NCBI GenBank assembly: GCA_038206875.1
Contig: JBBRAK010000001.1
Location: 1,037 to 65,036, forward strand
Length of the DNA stretch: 64,000 nt
Source: Candidatus Saccharimonadales bacterium
GTDB taxonomy: Bacteria > Patescibacteriota > Saccharimonadia > Saccharimonadales > JBBQAJ01
Direction: 5' to 3'
Positions 25,785 to 34,711 of the stretch are shown here, in pieces; within the stretch, counting starts at the first letter, position 1, and each line of letters opens with the position of its first letter. The translations under genes and the position numbers were made by a program. The notes under the pieces are model-generated. The model made no database searches and had not been told where the DNA came from. It saw only the letters and a program-made list of their open reading frames with translations.

Positions 25785-27104
25785 ATGCCACAGGTTAGCC
25801 CCGCAATTGAAACGTTCGCTAGAATTAAGGTAATTGGTGTAGGTGGTGCAGGTGGAGCTGCGATAAATAGGATGGTTGATGCAGGTGTAGAAGGCGTTGA
25901 GTTCATTGTTGTAAATACAGATGCGCAAGCACTTCATCACTCGAAAGCTCAAACTAAAATTCACATAGGCAAAGACGAAACTCGTGGTTTGGGTGCTGGC
26001 GCAGACCCTAGCGTTGGACAAAAAGCAGCTCAAGAGTCACTAGAAGATATCCGCAAAGCAGTAGAAGGTGCCGACATGGTGTTTGTGACTATTGGCGCAG
26101 GTGGTGGTACAGGTAGTGGTGCAGGACATATAGTGGCGGAGGTGGCCCAAGAACAAGGGGCATTGGTAGTTGGTTTTGCCACAAAACCGTTTGCGTTTGA
26201 AGGAGATAAGCGTCGAAGAAACGCTGATATCGCAATTGAAAATTTACGAAAATCTGTAGATACCTTAATAATCATTCCAAACGATCGTTTGTTACAGACA
26301 ATTGATAGGCAGACTCCTTTACTCGAAGCTTTTAAGGTTGCCGATGATGTATTGCGTCAAGGAGTACAGGGAATTTCTGACCTAATAACAGTCCATGGTC
26401 TAATTAATCTTGATTTTGCAGATGTCAAAACTGTTATGAGTCACGCTGGATCAGCTTTGATGGGAATAGGACGTGCGTCCGGTGAAGATCGCGCGGTGAA
26501 TGCCGCACAACAAGCAATAGAGTCTCCCCTACTTGAAGTTTCGATTGATGGTGCACGAGGCATTCTATTCAATGTAATAGGTGGCAGTGACATGTCAATG
26601 CATGAAATCAACCAAGCCGCCGAGACTATAACAGCGGCATCAGATCCAGACGCAAATATCATTTTTGGCGCAACAATAAGTCCAGAATTAGAGGGCGAAA
26701 TCATCATTACGGTGGTTGCAACAGGTTTTGATGATGCCTATTATGCAAATCGCAAAAACCTAAAATCGGCATCTGAGTTACAGAGTAATCCCTTGCCAAA
26801 AACAACCGACAATCAGGATATGTCAGACATTGATATGGATTTGCATGATGACGACAAAGACAGTGAGCTCAACAAAGATACACCAATGCCAAATATTTGG
26901 ACAATCAATGGTGACGCTGATGATTCTGAAGACCAAGACAGCAACGAGCGAAATAATAATTTTCTAGACACCAACCCAATTGTCAGCAAGGATGAAGAAG
27001 ATGAGCTTGAAAAACCATCATTTTTGCGACGCCTAACCAAGCGAAAACAACAACAAGCAAAAAAAAATAGTCCCGATGAAGATTCTGACAAAAAAACAGA
27101 TTAG
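25785..27104 (+). CDS. ftsZ: Cell division GTPase FtsZ
   Basis: It has [17 protein letters not shown], the tubulin signature GGGTGSGAG and NLDFADV. An acidic linker precedes the C-terminal peptide EKPSFLRRL and a basic tail. Confidence 0.97.
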   Translation: MPQVSPAIETFARIKVIGVGGAGGAAINRMVDAGVEGVEFIVVNTDAQALHHSKAQTKIHIGKDETRGLGAGADPSVGQKAAQESLEDIRKAVEGADMVFVTIGAGGGTGSGAGHIVAEVAQEQGALVVGFATKPFAFEGDKRRRNADIAIENLRKSVDTLIIIPNDRLLQTIDRQTPLLEAFKVADDVLRQGVQGISDLITVHGLINLDFADVKTVMSHAGSALMGIGRASGEDRAVNAAQQAIESPLLEVSIDGARGILFNVIGGSDMSMHEINQAAETITAASDPDANIIFGATISPELEGEIIITVVATGFDDAYYANRKNLKSASELQSNPLPKTTDNQDMSDIDMDLHDDDKDSELNKDTPMPNIWTINGDADDSEDQDSNERNNNFLDTNPIVSKDEEDELEKPSFLRRLTKRKQQQAKKNSPDEDSDKKTD

Positions 27105-27184
27105 TAACAGAGAAGAGTAAGTAAATAATACACCATTATATATATTGCCAAACCCTGCATGTGGGTCTATTATTGTCTGTATAG

Positions 27185-27200
27185 ACGCTATATATGGTGA
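27185..27200 (+). promoter_or_regulatory. Candidate NrdR box
   Basis: ACGCTATATATGGTGA matches 13 of 16 positions of the published NrdR-box palindrome acaCwAtATaTwGtgt. It lies about 95 nt upstream of nrdR. Weaker half-sites occur at 27130 (ACACCAT) and 27233 (ACACATAATTTGTG). Confidence 0.4.
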
Positions 27201-27292
27201 CTATGAGTATAGTAATTGTACATTCAGAATGAACACATAATTTGTGCTAGGACTACATTTTTAAGTTCTAGTGAGCAAAAAGGAGGCAAATC

Positions 27293-27766
27293 ATGAAATG
27301 CAGCCAATGCTCGTCAGTAGACACAAAAGTTATTGAGTCGCGTGATGTTAGTGATGGCGAGGCAATTCGTCGACGTCGGGCTTGTCCTGATTGCGAGTAT
27401 CGTTTTACGACTTACGAACGGATAGAGCGACCACAGATAATCGTTATCAAAAATAACGGTATTCGTGAACTTTTTAACCGAGATAAACTACTGGCTGGAC
27501 TGTATAGAGCTTGCGAAAAGACTCCAGTAACTAGTTTGCAACTAGAAAGGTTAGTTGCAGATATCGAACACTATGTCCACGCTAGTGGAGAACAAGAGAT
27601 TGGTACTGCCCAGATAGGTGAACTAGTTATGGAACGACTCGCTCTGCTCAACGAAGTTGCTTATGTGCGCTTTGCGAGTGTTTATCGTCGCTTCAAAGAT
27701 ATTGCTGGGTTCGAACGTGAACTTTTGCAAATCCGCGAACGAAAAGTTAAACACATCTCAAAATAA
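27293..27766 (+). CDS. nrdR: Transcriptional repressor NrdR
   Basis: It has the zinc ribbon MKCSQCSS...CPDCEYRFTTYE followed by an ATP-cone domain. The SD AAAGGAGG lies upstream. Confidence 0.95.
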   Translation: MKCSQCSSVDTKVIESRDVSDGEAIRRRRACPDCEYRFTTYERIERPQIIVIKNNGIRELFNRDKLLAGLYRACEKTPVTSLQLERLVADIEHYVHASGEQEIGTAQIGELVMERLALLNEVAYVRFASVYRRFKDIAGFERELLQIRERKVKHISK

Positions 27767-27883
27767 TAGTTGCCAGCTACGACCCTTCTATTCTGCCTTG
27801 CATTAGCAGAGGGGAAAAGAGCTGACAAAGGCTTATGAGAGCAAGCCACAACAACTCTAAACAAATAACAAACATAACAAGCG

Positions 27884-27910
27884 GATCTGAGCACAATGCT
27901 CAAATCTTTT
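27884..27910 (+). terminator. Hairpin + T4 in the nrdR-nrdJ spacer (terminator/attenuator-like)
   Basis: GATCTGAGCA-CAA-TGCTCAAATC forms 10 bp with one mismatch, followed by TTTT. It is followed at 27922-27937 by the perfect palindrome AAAGGAGATCTCCTTT. Confidence 0.35.
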
Positions 27911-27974
27911 AAGAAGTGATGAAAGGAGATCTCCTTTAGAGACCATGAAAGTGTTTCAAAAGGGGGTAAATATT

Positions 27975-30743
27975 ATGGGACAAACAACAATCCTGGGGCA
28001 CAGGCGATTCTTTACTAAAGCCAAAAGCAAAGCATATGATGAATTAAAGTGGGTCAAACGAGATTCAGTTATTATGAATCCGACAACCGGAAAACCAGTA
28101 TTTGAACAAAAAGATTTGGAGTTTCCGGATGGCTGGTCGCTGAATTCAATCAATATTGTCGCCCAAAAATATTTCACGGGTACGCTTGGTACAGCCGAGC
28201 GGGAAGACTCGCTTAAAAAATTAATTGATCGTGTAGTCGATACAATCGCTAGGCAGGGCTTACAGGAGTCGTATTTTGAATCTGAGGCAGAAGTCGAAGA
28301 TTTTAGAGAAGAACTAAAATATATTTTGGCAACGCAACGTGCAGCTTTTAATTCCCCGGTGTGGTTCAATATCGGAGCTCCAGCAAGAGCACAACAGGCA
28401 AGTGCTTGTTTTATCTTGGCCGTTGAAGACACGATGCCGTCAATATTAAATTGGTATAAAGAAGAAGGAATGATTTTTAAGGGAGGCTCTGGCTCAGGGA
28501 TAAACCTGAGTGGCATTAGGTCATCCGTAGAACCGTTAGGTAAAAGCGCTGGAACGGCTTCCGGGCCACTGAGTTTTATGCGTGGTGCGGATGCATCGGC
28601 TGGAGCAATCAAAAGCGGTGGAAAAACACGTCGAGCTGCCAAAATGGTTATATTGAACTCAGATCATCCAGATATAGAAGAGTTTATTTGGTGTAAGGCT
28701 CGCGAAGAGCGCAAAGCTCGTGATTTACAAGCCGCCGGCTGGGACATGACACTTGATGGCAAAGATATTACGTCTGTTCAATACCAAAACGCTAATAATT
28801 CAATCCGGGTCACTGACGAATTTATGCAAGCCGTCGAAAATGACGAAGATTACGAACTACGAGCTGTGGCAACTGGCAAATCCGTAAAACGTGTAAAAGC
28901 TCGTGATTTATTTCGACAAATAGCAGAAGCGGCATGGGAGTGTGCCGATCCAGGGATGCAATTCGACACCACTATAAACAAGTGGCACACAACTCCTAAT
29001 GCAGGACGAATAAATGGCAGTAACCCTTGCAGTGAGTACATGCACCTAGACAACTCTGCCTGTAACCTTGCGTCAATCAACCTGCTTAGGTATTTAAATC
29101 AAGACGGTAGTTTTGATGTCGAAGCATTTCGCCACACCGTAGAGCTAATTTTTACCGCTCAGGAGATTTTAGTCGGTTATAGTGAGTATCCTACAGAAAA
29201 CATTACTAAAAATGCTCGCGCTTATCGACAGCTGGGTATTGGTTATGCAAACTTGGGTGCCATGTTAATGGCTCAAGGACTTCCCTACGATAGCGACGAA
29301 GGTAGGGCTCAAGCGGCTGCAATTACAGCGATAATGACTGGACATGCTTATGCAACAAGCGCGAGATTGGCGAATAGGGTTGGTCCGTTTGCGGGATTTC
29401 ACAAAGACAGAGAGGCGATGCTAAATGTTCTCAAAATGCACAGAGCAGAGGTATCCAAAATTGATGCCAGTTTAGTTGCAGAAGATCTATTGAGTGCTGC
29501 TACGACAGCCTGGGACGACGCAGTTGAGCTGGGTGATTTGTACGGTGTTAGAAATGCTCAGGCTAGCGTACTTGCTCCGACGGGAACAATTGGGCTTATG
29601 ATGGATTGTGATACAACTGGGATTGAACCTGATCTCGGTCTAGTCAAGTTTAAAAAACTTGTCGGTGGTGGCACTATGAATATTGTAAATCAGACAGTAC
29701 CTCGTGCACTAAAAGTACTCGGATATACTAAAGCCCAAGTAGACGATATTGTTAACTATATTGATGTTGAAAAAACAATAACTGACGCTCCTCAACTCAA
29801 GAGTGAGCACTTTGATGTGTTTTCTTGCTCGATGGGGGACAACCCAATTCATTACATGGGCCACGTCAAGATGATGTCAGCGGTACAACCCTTTATTTCG
29901 GGTGCTATTAGTAAAACTGTAAATATGCCAGAAGAGGTAAAAGTTGAGGAAATAGAACAACTGCACATTGAAGCTTGGAAGCTAGGCCTAAAAGCAGTGG
30001 CAATATATCGTGATAACTGTAAAGTTGCGCAACCACTATCAATGACTAAAAAGGGTGCAGACAAAAACAACGACATGCCTTCATCTGGCGCAGAAACAAT
30101 AACAGAAAAAGTGATAGTGAAAACCGTTGTACGTCGTGAAATGTCCAAGGTTCGACCTTCAAAAACATACTCCTTTACTGTTTCAGATTGTCATGGATAT
30201 TTCACTGTTGGTGAGTACGAAGATGGAACCCCGGGAGAATTATTTGTCCGAGTGGCCAAAATGGGTTCGACACTTGCAGGACTTATGGACTCCTTCGCTA
30301 GATCAATAAGTTACAGTTTGCAATATGGAGTTCCACTGAAAGTATATGTTAAGGGAATGACAAGTATGTCGTTTGCGCCTGCTGGAATAACGGATGATCC
30401 GGAAATTCGAACAGCATCATCTCTGATAGACTACATATTTCGTAGGTTGGCGATGGATTACTTATCTTTTGATGATCGACTGGAACTAGGATTGGCTTCA
30501 ATAGACGATATGCCAGACTCACAGACAAGTATGCTGGATATGGAAATCTTGCCAGAGACAACAAAACTCACAGAACAAAAGGTTGCCAAACAAGAAGTTA
30601 TTTCGGATGAAAAGATAGAAAAAACTAAGGCTACACACAAAGATCAATCGGCACCAATGTGCTTCAACTGTGGAAATCAAACTCAAAAAGCTGGCAGTTG
30701 CTACGTGTGTTCATCTTGCGGTTCGACAACTGGCTGTTCGTAA
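27975..30743 (+). CDS. nrdJ: Class II (adenosylcobalamin-dependent) ribonucleotide reductase NrdJ
   Basis: It has an N-terminal FTKAKSKAYDELKWVKRD...FEQKDLEFPDGWS..NIVAQKYF segment. The active-site region reads SNPCSEY, with LAPTGTIG downstream. The C-terminal Cys cluster is CFNCGNQTQKAGSCYVCSSCGSTTGCS. The ORF opens at 27945, but GGGGG at 27961-27965 favours the ATG at 27975. Confidence 0.92.
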   Translation: MGQTTILGHRRFFTKAKSKAYDELKWVKRDSVIMNPTTGKPVFEQKDLEFPDGWSLNSINIVAQKYFTGTLGTAEREDSLKKLIDRVVDTIARQGLQESYFESEAEVEDFREELKYILATQRAAFNSPVWFNIGAPARAQQASACFILAVEDTMPSILNWYKEEGMIFKGGSGSGINLSGIRSSVEPLGKSAGTASGPLSFMRGADASAGAIKSGGKTRRAAKMVILNSDHPDIEEFIWCKAREERKARDLQAAGWDMTLDGKDITSVQYQNANNSIRVTDEFMQAVENDEDYELRAVATGKSVKRVKARDLFRQIAEAAWECADPGMQFDTTINKWHTTPNAGRINGSNPCSEYMHLDNSACNLASINLLRYLNQDGSFDVEAFRHTVELIFTAQEILVGYSEYPTENITKNARAYRQLGIGYANLGAMLMAQGLPYDSDEGRAQAAAITAIMTGHAYATSARLANRVGPFAGFHKDREAMLNVLKMHRAEVSKIDASLVAEDLLSAATTAWDDAVELGDLYGVRNAQASVLAPTGTIGLMMDCDTTGIEPDLGLVKFKKLVGGGTMNIVNQTVPRALKVLGYTKAQVDDIVNYIDVEKTITDAPQLKSEHFDVFSCSMGDNPIHYMGHVKMMSAVQPFISGAISKTVNMPEEVKVEEIEQLHIEAWKLGLKAVAIYRDNCKVAQPLSMTKKGADKNNDMPSSGAETITEKVIVKTVVRREMSKVRPSKTYSFTVSDCHGYFTVGEYEDGTPGELFVRVAKMGSTLAGLMDSFARSISYSLQYGVPLKVYVKGMTSMSFAPAGITDDPEIRTASSLIDYIFRRLAMDYLSFDDRLELGLASIDDMPDSQTSMLDMEILPETTKLTEQKVAKQEVISDEKIEKTKATHKDQSAPMCFNCGNQTQKAGSCYVCSSCGSTTGCS

Positions 30744-30790
30744 ATCACCGATTTGTAAACCATAATCGTTTTCCTGTAAACTACTACGCA

Positions 30791-31051
30791 GTGAAGGCAA
30801 TAATTCTATATCATCCACAATCCGAGTTTGCTAGAAGCGTTGAAGAGTATGCGCACGACTTCGACCAACAAAAGGGAGTTGAAATTGATTTGATTAGTCT
30901 AGAAACCAAAGAAGGCGCGTATCGCGCTACCTTGTACGGTATTGTTAAATATCCGGCACTATTGGTATTACGCGACAACAACGACTTAATAAACAGCTGG
31001 GAGGGCGTGCCGTTGCCATTAATGAACGAAGTCGCCGGGTATCTAGGATAG
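30791..31051 (+). CDS. Small hypothetical protein, possibly thioredoxin-fold-like without CxxC
   Basis: The 86-aa product starts at GTG 30791: VKAIILYHPQSEFARSVEEY...YPALLVLRDNNDLINSWEG. The ATG at 30659 listed in the track would overlap nrdJ by 85 nt. Confidence 0.45.
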   Translation: MKAIILYHPQSEFARSVEEYAHDFDQQKGVEIDLISLETKEGAYRATLYGIVKYPALLVLRDNNDLINSWEGVPLPLMNEVAGYLG

Positions 31052-31080
31052 TTGCGCATAACAGATAGGTGAGTTACAAT
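31052..31080 (+). promoter_or_regulatory. Promoter TTGCGC-17-TACAAT for the ileS leader
   Basis: TTGCGC lies at 31052-31057, followed by a 17-nt spacer and TACAAT at 31075-31080. Confidence 0.45.
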
Positions 31081-31086
31081 TTAGGT

Positions 31087-31290
31087 AATCCGTAAAACAG
31101 CTATCAACTGTATGTCTCTGTAGGATTTTTCCGGACGGAGAGCGGAAAGGGAAGAACGTTTTGAGTAAGTCCTTCGACAGGCTCAGGATAAATAGAACCC
31201 TTCGGTGTGACCCGTAAGATCACAAAATTAAGTCCCAAATAGGATGGTACCGCCCCAATATAATGGAGCTCCTATGTGTAGGGATTTTTT
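31087..31290 (+). promoter_or_regulatory. T-box riboswitch leader (Ile) with terminator
   Basis: The T-box core AAAUAGGAUGGUACCGCC at 31237-31254 matches the consensus AANNNGGGUGGNACCGCG with 2 mismatches. UGGU fits a tRNA discriminator A. An imperfect hairpin CCCAAUAUAAUGGAG/CUCCUAUGUGUAGGG overlaps the T-box 3' end and is followed by AUUUUUU (to 31290). The element lies upstream of an aaRS gene. A candidate Ile specifier AUC-A is at 31103-31106. Confidence 0.7.
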
Positions 31291-31301
31291 AATTTCTCAA
31301 A

Positions 31302-31360
31302 CTCACAAAAACCACCCCTGCAAAAGGTCGGACCTTTTACAGAGAGGGAGAATGTGATTT
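31302..31360 (+). repeat. 59-bp palindromic repeat element, copy A (ileS leader)
   Basis: The sequence is ctcacaaaaaccacccctgcaaaaggtcggaccttttacagagagggagaatgtgattt. It has TCACA...TGTGA termini and a central perfect palindrome AAAAGGTC-G-GACCTTTT. Its reverse complement matches 47088-47146 at 55 of 59 positions. Confidence 0.85.
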
Positions 31361-31382
31361 GAGCAAGCTAAGGAGTTGAGGT

Positions 31383-34268
31383 GTGAAGTTTAAGCAAGGA
31401 ACTCGGCGAAAACCGATTGAATACGAAAAAGACCTCGTAGTTCAGTGGAAAAAAAATAAGACTTTTGAAAAATCTGTCGAAATGCGCCCCAAAGACAATG
31501 CTTACGTCTTCTATGATGGTCCTCCATTTATAACTGGGGTACCACATCATGGAACGTTGCTGTCTAGTATTGTTAAAGACGCAGTTCCTCGTTATCAGAC
31601 TATGAAGGGTAATCGCGTTGAGCGTGTTTGGGGATGGGATACCCATGGTCTTCCTGCAGAGAATTTTGTCGAACAAAAACTTGGTATTATTGATAGACAC
31701 GATATTGGTACAAAAATTAGTCTGGCGCAATACATCACTACAGCTCGGGAGAGCATGATACAGACGGGTGATTTGTGGGAAGATACTATTGATCGAATTG
31801 GTCGTTGGGTTGATTTCAAGGGCTCGTACAAGACGATGGACAAAGATTATATGGAGTCTGTTTGGTGGGCATTCAAACAGCTTTATGAGAAGGGCAAAAT
31901 TTACGAGGGTGAGCGAGTGCTCATGTATGACACAAAGTGGGCAACACCCTTGTCAAAAGCCGAAGTTACTATGGATGCAGGTGCATATCAAACGGTTACA
32001 GATCCTTCTGTGTATGTAAAATTTAGGTTACACGACTATAATGCGTATCTGTTAGCGTGGACTACAACACCTTGGACCCTACCTGCAAATACAGCGGTAG
32101 CAATAAACCCAAAAATTGAATATGTTCAGGTTGAGTATAATAACGAGCAGTTTATATTAGCAAAAGAGCTTGTCGCAAAAGTCTTTGTAGACGACAAGCA
32201 TAGCGCGCTGAGCTATAAGATTGTAAAACAGATTGACGGGGGTAACTTAATAGGTAAATCTTATGAACCTTTGTTCGAAAATCGAGGAAAGAGCGCTCAT
32301 AGGGTTTGGGAGGCAGATTACGTGACAACTGACTCAGGTACAGGTGTGGTTCACCTTGCTCCTGCATATGGCGAAGAAGACTTCTTGCTGGCACAAGAGA
32401 AGGGCATTCCAGTTGTCCATGTGCTAGACGAGTACGGAACCTACACTGAGGGTGACTGGAAAGGTGAAAATGTCTGGGAGATAAACAAAACAATCGCAAA
32501 AATACTTCTAGAGCGTGGGGTTGTCTGGAAAATTGTTTATATTCAGCACGAATATCCTCATAACCTGCGTAATGGCAATCGCTTGATGTATCGTGCTCAC
32601 CCCAGCTGGTTTATGGATATTGATGGACAAAGAACCCAGATGTTGGAGCAAAATAAAAACATCAACTGGTTTCCAGAATATATTAAGCACGGTCGGTTTG
32701 AGAACACCGTCAAATCTGCACCTGACTGGAATCTATCTCGTGACCGATTCTGGGCGACTGCAATGCCTGTCTGGAAGGGTACGGATAAAAAAGGCAACGA
32801 GCACATAAAAGTGGTCGGTAGTTATGCCGAGCTAAAAGAGCTCTCCGGAACGGAGCTAGAAGACTACCACCGACCCTGGATTGACGATGTAACTTTTACA
32901 ATAGATTCCGTCAAGTATAAGAGGATAGATAAAGTCTTAGACTGTTGGTTTGAGTCCGGAAGCATGCCGTTCGCGCAATTTCATTATCCATTCGAAAACA
33001 AAGCAAAATTTGATGCTAATTTTCCAGGAGACTTTATTGTCGAATATGTAGGACAAGTACGGGCCTGGTTCTACTACCTACATGCCATCAATGTTGGTTT
33101 ATTTGGTCGTAATGCTTTTGAAAATGTTATAACAACAGGGACGCTGGCGGGCAACGATGGGCGTAAAATGAGCAAATCTTTTGGAAATTATACTGATCCG
33201 AATGAGCTAATGGATAGATATTCTGCAGATAGCCTGAGGCTGTTGCTACTCAGTTCCCCGGTGCTCAACGGGGAAGATTTTGCTTTGCAGGACAAAGACG
33301 TCAGCGATGTGGCTCGCAAGCTGAGTATGGTTTGGAATATGTATGATTTTTTTACCCTATATGCGGATGTTGACGGCTGGGAGTGGAGTGGAGATATTTC
33401 TGATCCAACGGATGAGCTTACTAGTTCACTCGACCACTGGATTGTCTCAAGGGTGCACCAGCTTTCGTCTCATGTCGACAGGCATATGCAGGCTTATGAC
33501 ATCCCAAATGCGTTAGCTGAGGTATTGCCATTTATTGATGACGCCAGCAATTGGTACGTACGGAGAAGCCGTAAGCGTTTCTGGAAAAGTTCCAACGATC
33601 AGGATAAAAACGATGCTTACCGTACTTTGCACTACATTCTAGTCCAGCTAAGCATCATAATGGCGCCTTTTACACCATTCTTAGCTGAAGAGCTTTACCA
33701 AAAACTTACCGGTGGCGAGTCAGTGCACCTACTTGACTGGCCAGAGGTCGGACACACTAATGAGTTGGTAATAGAGCACATGGCGCATGTTAGGTGGATA
33801 GTGAATGAGGGTCTTTCCTTGCGAGCTAGTAACGGAATAAAGGTTAGGCAACCCCTGTTGGCTGTTAAAATTGAAAGTTCTTTTGAGCTGAGCAAAGAAC
33901 TAACGGACATGGTCGCAGAAGAGTTAAATGTGAAAGAAGTAAAACTAATACTCAGGAGTGACGGCCATAAGACCATCCAGCTAAATACAAAAATAACTCC
34001 TGAACTGAAAAGAGAAGGTTTGATGAGAGAAGTTATACGTCATGTTCAAAATGCCCGTAAAGAGGCTGGTTTACAGGTTGATGACCACATAAAATTGGTT
34101 CTTCAAACTAATAGTGAAGATATAAAACAAGCTGTCAGTGAGCACCAAAATACAATCAAGCAAGAAACACTGGCAAATCATCTTAATTCAGAAGGAAGTG
34201 GTTCGTTTGAGACAATGGTTCGCGTTGATAATGTGGATTTGCATGTAAAAATTCAGAAAGACGACTAA
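31383..34268 (+). CDS. ileS: Isoleucyl-tRNA synthetase (type 2-like)
   Basis: It starts at GTG, 7 nt after AGGAG (31371-31375). It has PPFITGVPHHGT (the HIGH region) and KMSKSFGN (KMSKS). The editing CP1 domain is present, and the product is 961 aa. Confidence 0.96.
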   Translation: MKFKQGTRRKPIEYEKDLVVQWKKNKTFEKSVEMRPKDNAYVFYDGPPFITGVPHHGTLLSSIVKDAVPRYQTMKGNRVERVWGWDTHGLPAENFVEQKLGIIDRHDIGTKISLAQYITTARESMIQTGDLWEDTIDRIGRWVDFKGSYKTMDKDYMESVWWAFKQLYEKGKIYEGERVLMYDTKWATPLSKAEVTMDAGAYQTVTDPSVYVKFRLHDYNAYLLAWTTTPWTLPANTAVAINPKIEYVQVEYNNEQFILAKELVAKVFVDDKHSALSYKIVKQIDGGNLIGKSYEPLFENRGKSAHRVWEADYVTTDSGTGVVHLAPAYGEEDFLLAQEKGIPVVHVLDEYGTYTEGDWKGENVWEINKTIAKILLERGVVWKIVYIQHEYPHNLRNGNRLMYRAHPSWFMDIDGQRTQMLEQNKNINWFPEYIKHGRFENTVKSAPDWNLSRDRFWATAMPVWKGTDKKGNEHIKVVGSYAELKELSGTELEDYHRPWIDDVTFTIDSVKYKRIDKVLDCWFESGSMPFAQFHYPFENKAKFDANFPGDFIVEYVGQVRAWFYYLHAINVGLFGRNAFENVITTGTLAGNDGRKMSKSFGNYTDPNELMDRYSADSLRLLLLSSPVLNGEDFALQDKDVSDVARKLSMVWNMYDFFTLYADVDGWEWSGDISDPTDELTSSLDHWIVSRVHQLSSHVDRHMQAYDIPNALAEVLPFIDDASNWYVRRSRKRFWKSSNDQDKNDAYRTLHYILVQLSIIMAPFTPFLAEELYQKLTGGESVHLLDWPEVGHTNELVIEHMAHVRWIVNEGLSLRASNGIKVRQPLLAVKIESSFELSKELTDMVAEELNVKEVKLILRSDGHKTIQLNTKITPELKREGLMREVIRHVQNARKEAGLQVDDHIKLVLQTNSEDIKQAVSEHQNTIKQETLANHLNSEGSGSFETMVRVDNVDLHVKIQKDD

Positions 34269-34273
34269 CACCT

Positions 34274-34302
34274 TTGACACAGGTAGCTATATCTGTTAAA
34301 CT
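34274..34302 (+). promoter_or_regulatory. Promoter TTGACA-17-TAAACT, -10 ends 12 nt before the rplU ATG
   Basis: TTGACA lies at 34274-34279 and TAAACT at 34297-34302, with the ATG at 34315. There is no SD in cgtttggtaatc. Confidence 0.5.
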
Positions 34303-34314
34303 CGTTTGGTAATC

Positions 34315-34623
34315 ATGAAAAAAGCAGTTATTACCACCGGCTCTAAACAGTATTTGGTCTCACAGGGAGACACAGTGCTGGTTGAACTTTTGAATTCCAA
34401 AGATAAATCTGTCAACTTTGTCCCCCTACTTGTTATTGATGGTGAAAAAACTACCGTAGGAACCCCTGAGGTTAGCGGGTCAAAAGTAACCGCAGAGGTG
34501 ATTTCGGAAGATGTTCAAGCTGACAAAGTTACCTCTATTCGCTACAAAGCCAAAAAGCGAGTTCACGTTGTTCGAGGCCATCGTCAACGTCACACACACC
34601 TGAAAATCACAAAAATCGCCTAA
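34315..34623 (+). CDS. rplU: 50S ribosomal protein L21
   Basis: The sequence MKKAVITTGSKQYLVSQGDTVLVE...KVTSIRYKAKKRVHVVRGHRQRHTHLKI follows the L21 pattern. The track start at TTG 34306 is less likely. No rpmA follows. Confidence 0.9.
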   Translation: MKKAVITTGSKQYLVSQGDTVLVELLNSKDKSVNFVPLLVIDGEKTTVGTPEVSGSKVTAEVISEDVQADKVTSIRYKAKKRVHVVRGHRQRHTHLKITKIA

Positions 34624-34711
34624 AATCATATTATTTTCCTCTTATCCGACACTTGTTTTACGGGGTTAAAGTCGTCATACTAAGGTAGAAGCATAAGTAA
34701 TATTGGTGACA

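Noticed and set aside
27767-27944. Possible cobalamin riboswitch upstream of the B12-dependent nrdJ (AGGGGAAAAG and GCCACAAC resemble fragments of the B12 core).
   Set aside because: Only two short partial matches are present. I could not build the conserved multi-helix junction or a proper B12 box. B12 riboswitches normally repress B12-independent isozymes or transporters, not NrdJ.
27956-28642. 228-aa minus-strand ORF antisense to nrdJ. Similar long antisense ORFs occur at 42396-42872 (in parB), 58757-59281 and 58543-58941 (in lysK), 1994-2374, 4231-4551, 49965-50339 and 60962-61327.
   Set aside because: Each lies entirely inside a strongly supported gene on the other strand. They have low-complexity or Ser/Cys/Leu-rich shadow-frame composition and no motif or ribosome-binding site. 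I treat them as frame shadows.
30659-30790. ATG at 30659 as the start of the small ORF downstream of nrdJ.
   Set aside because: It would overlap the nrdJ 3' end by 85 nt in another frame, and the N-terminal 44 aa look like out-of-frame nrdJ sequence. GTG 30791 after the nrdJ stop is preferred, although it lacks an obvious SD.
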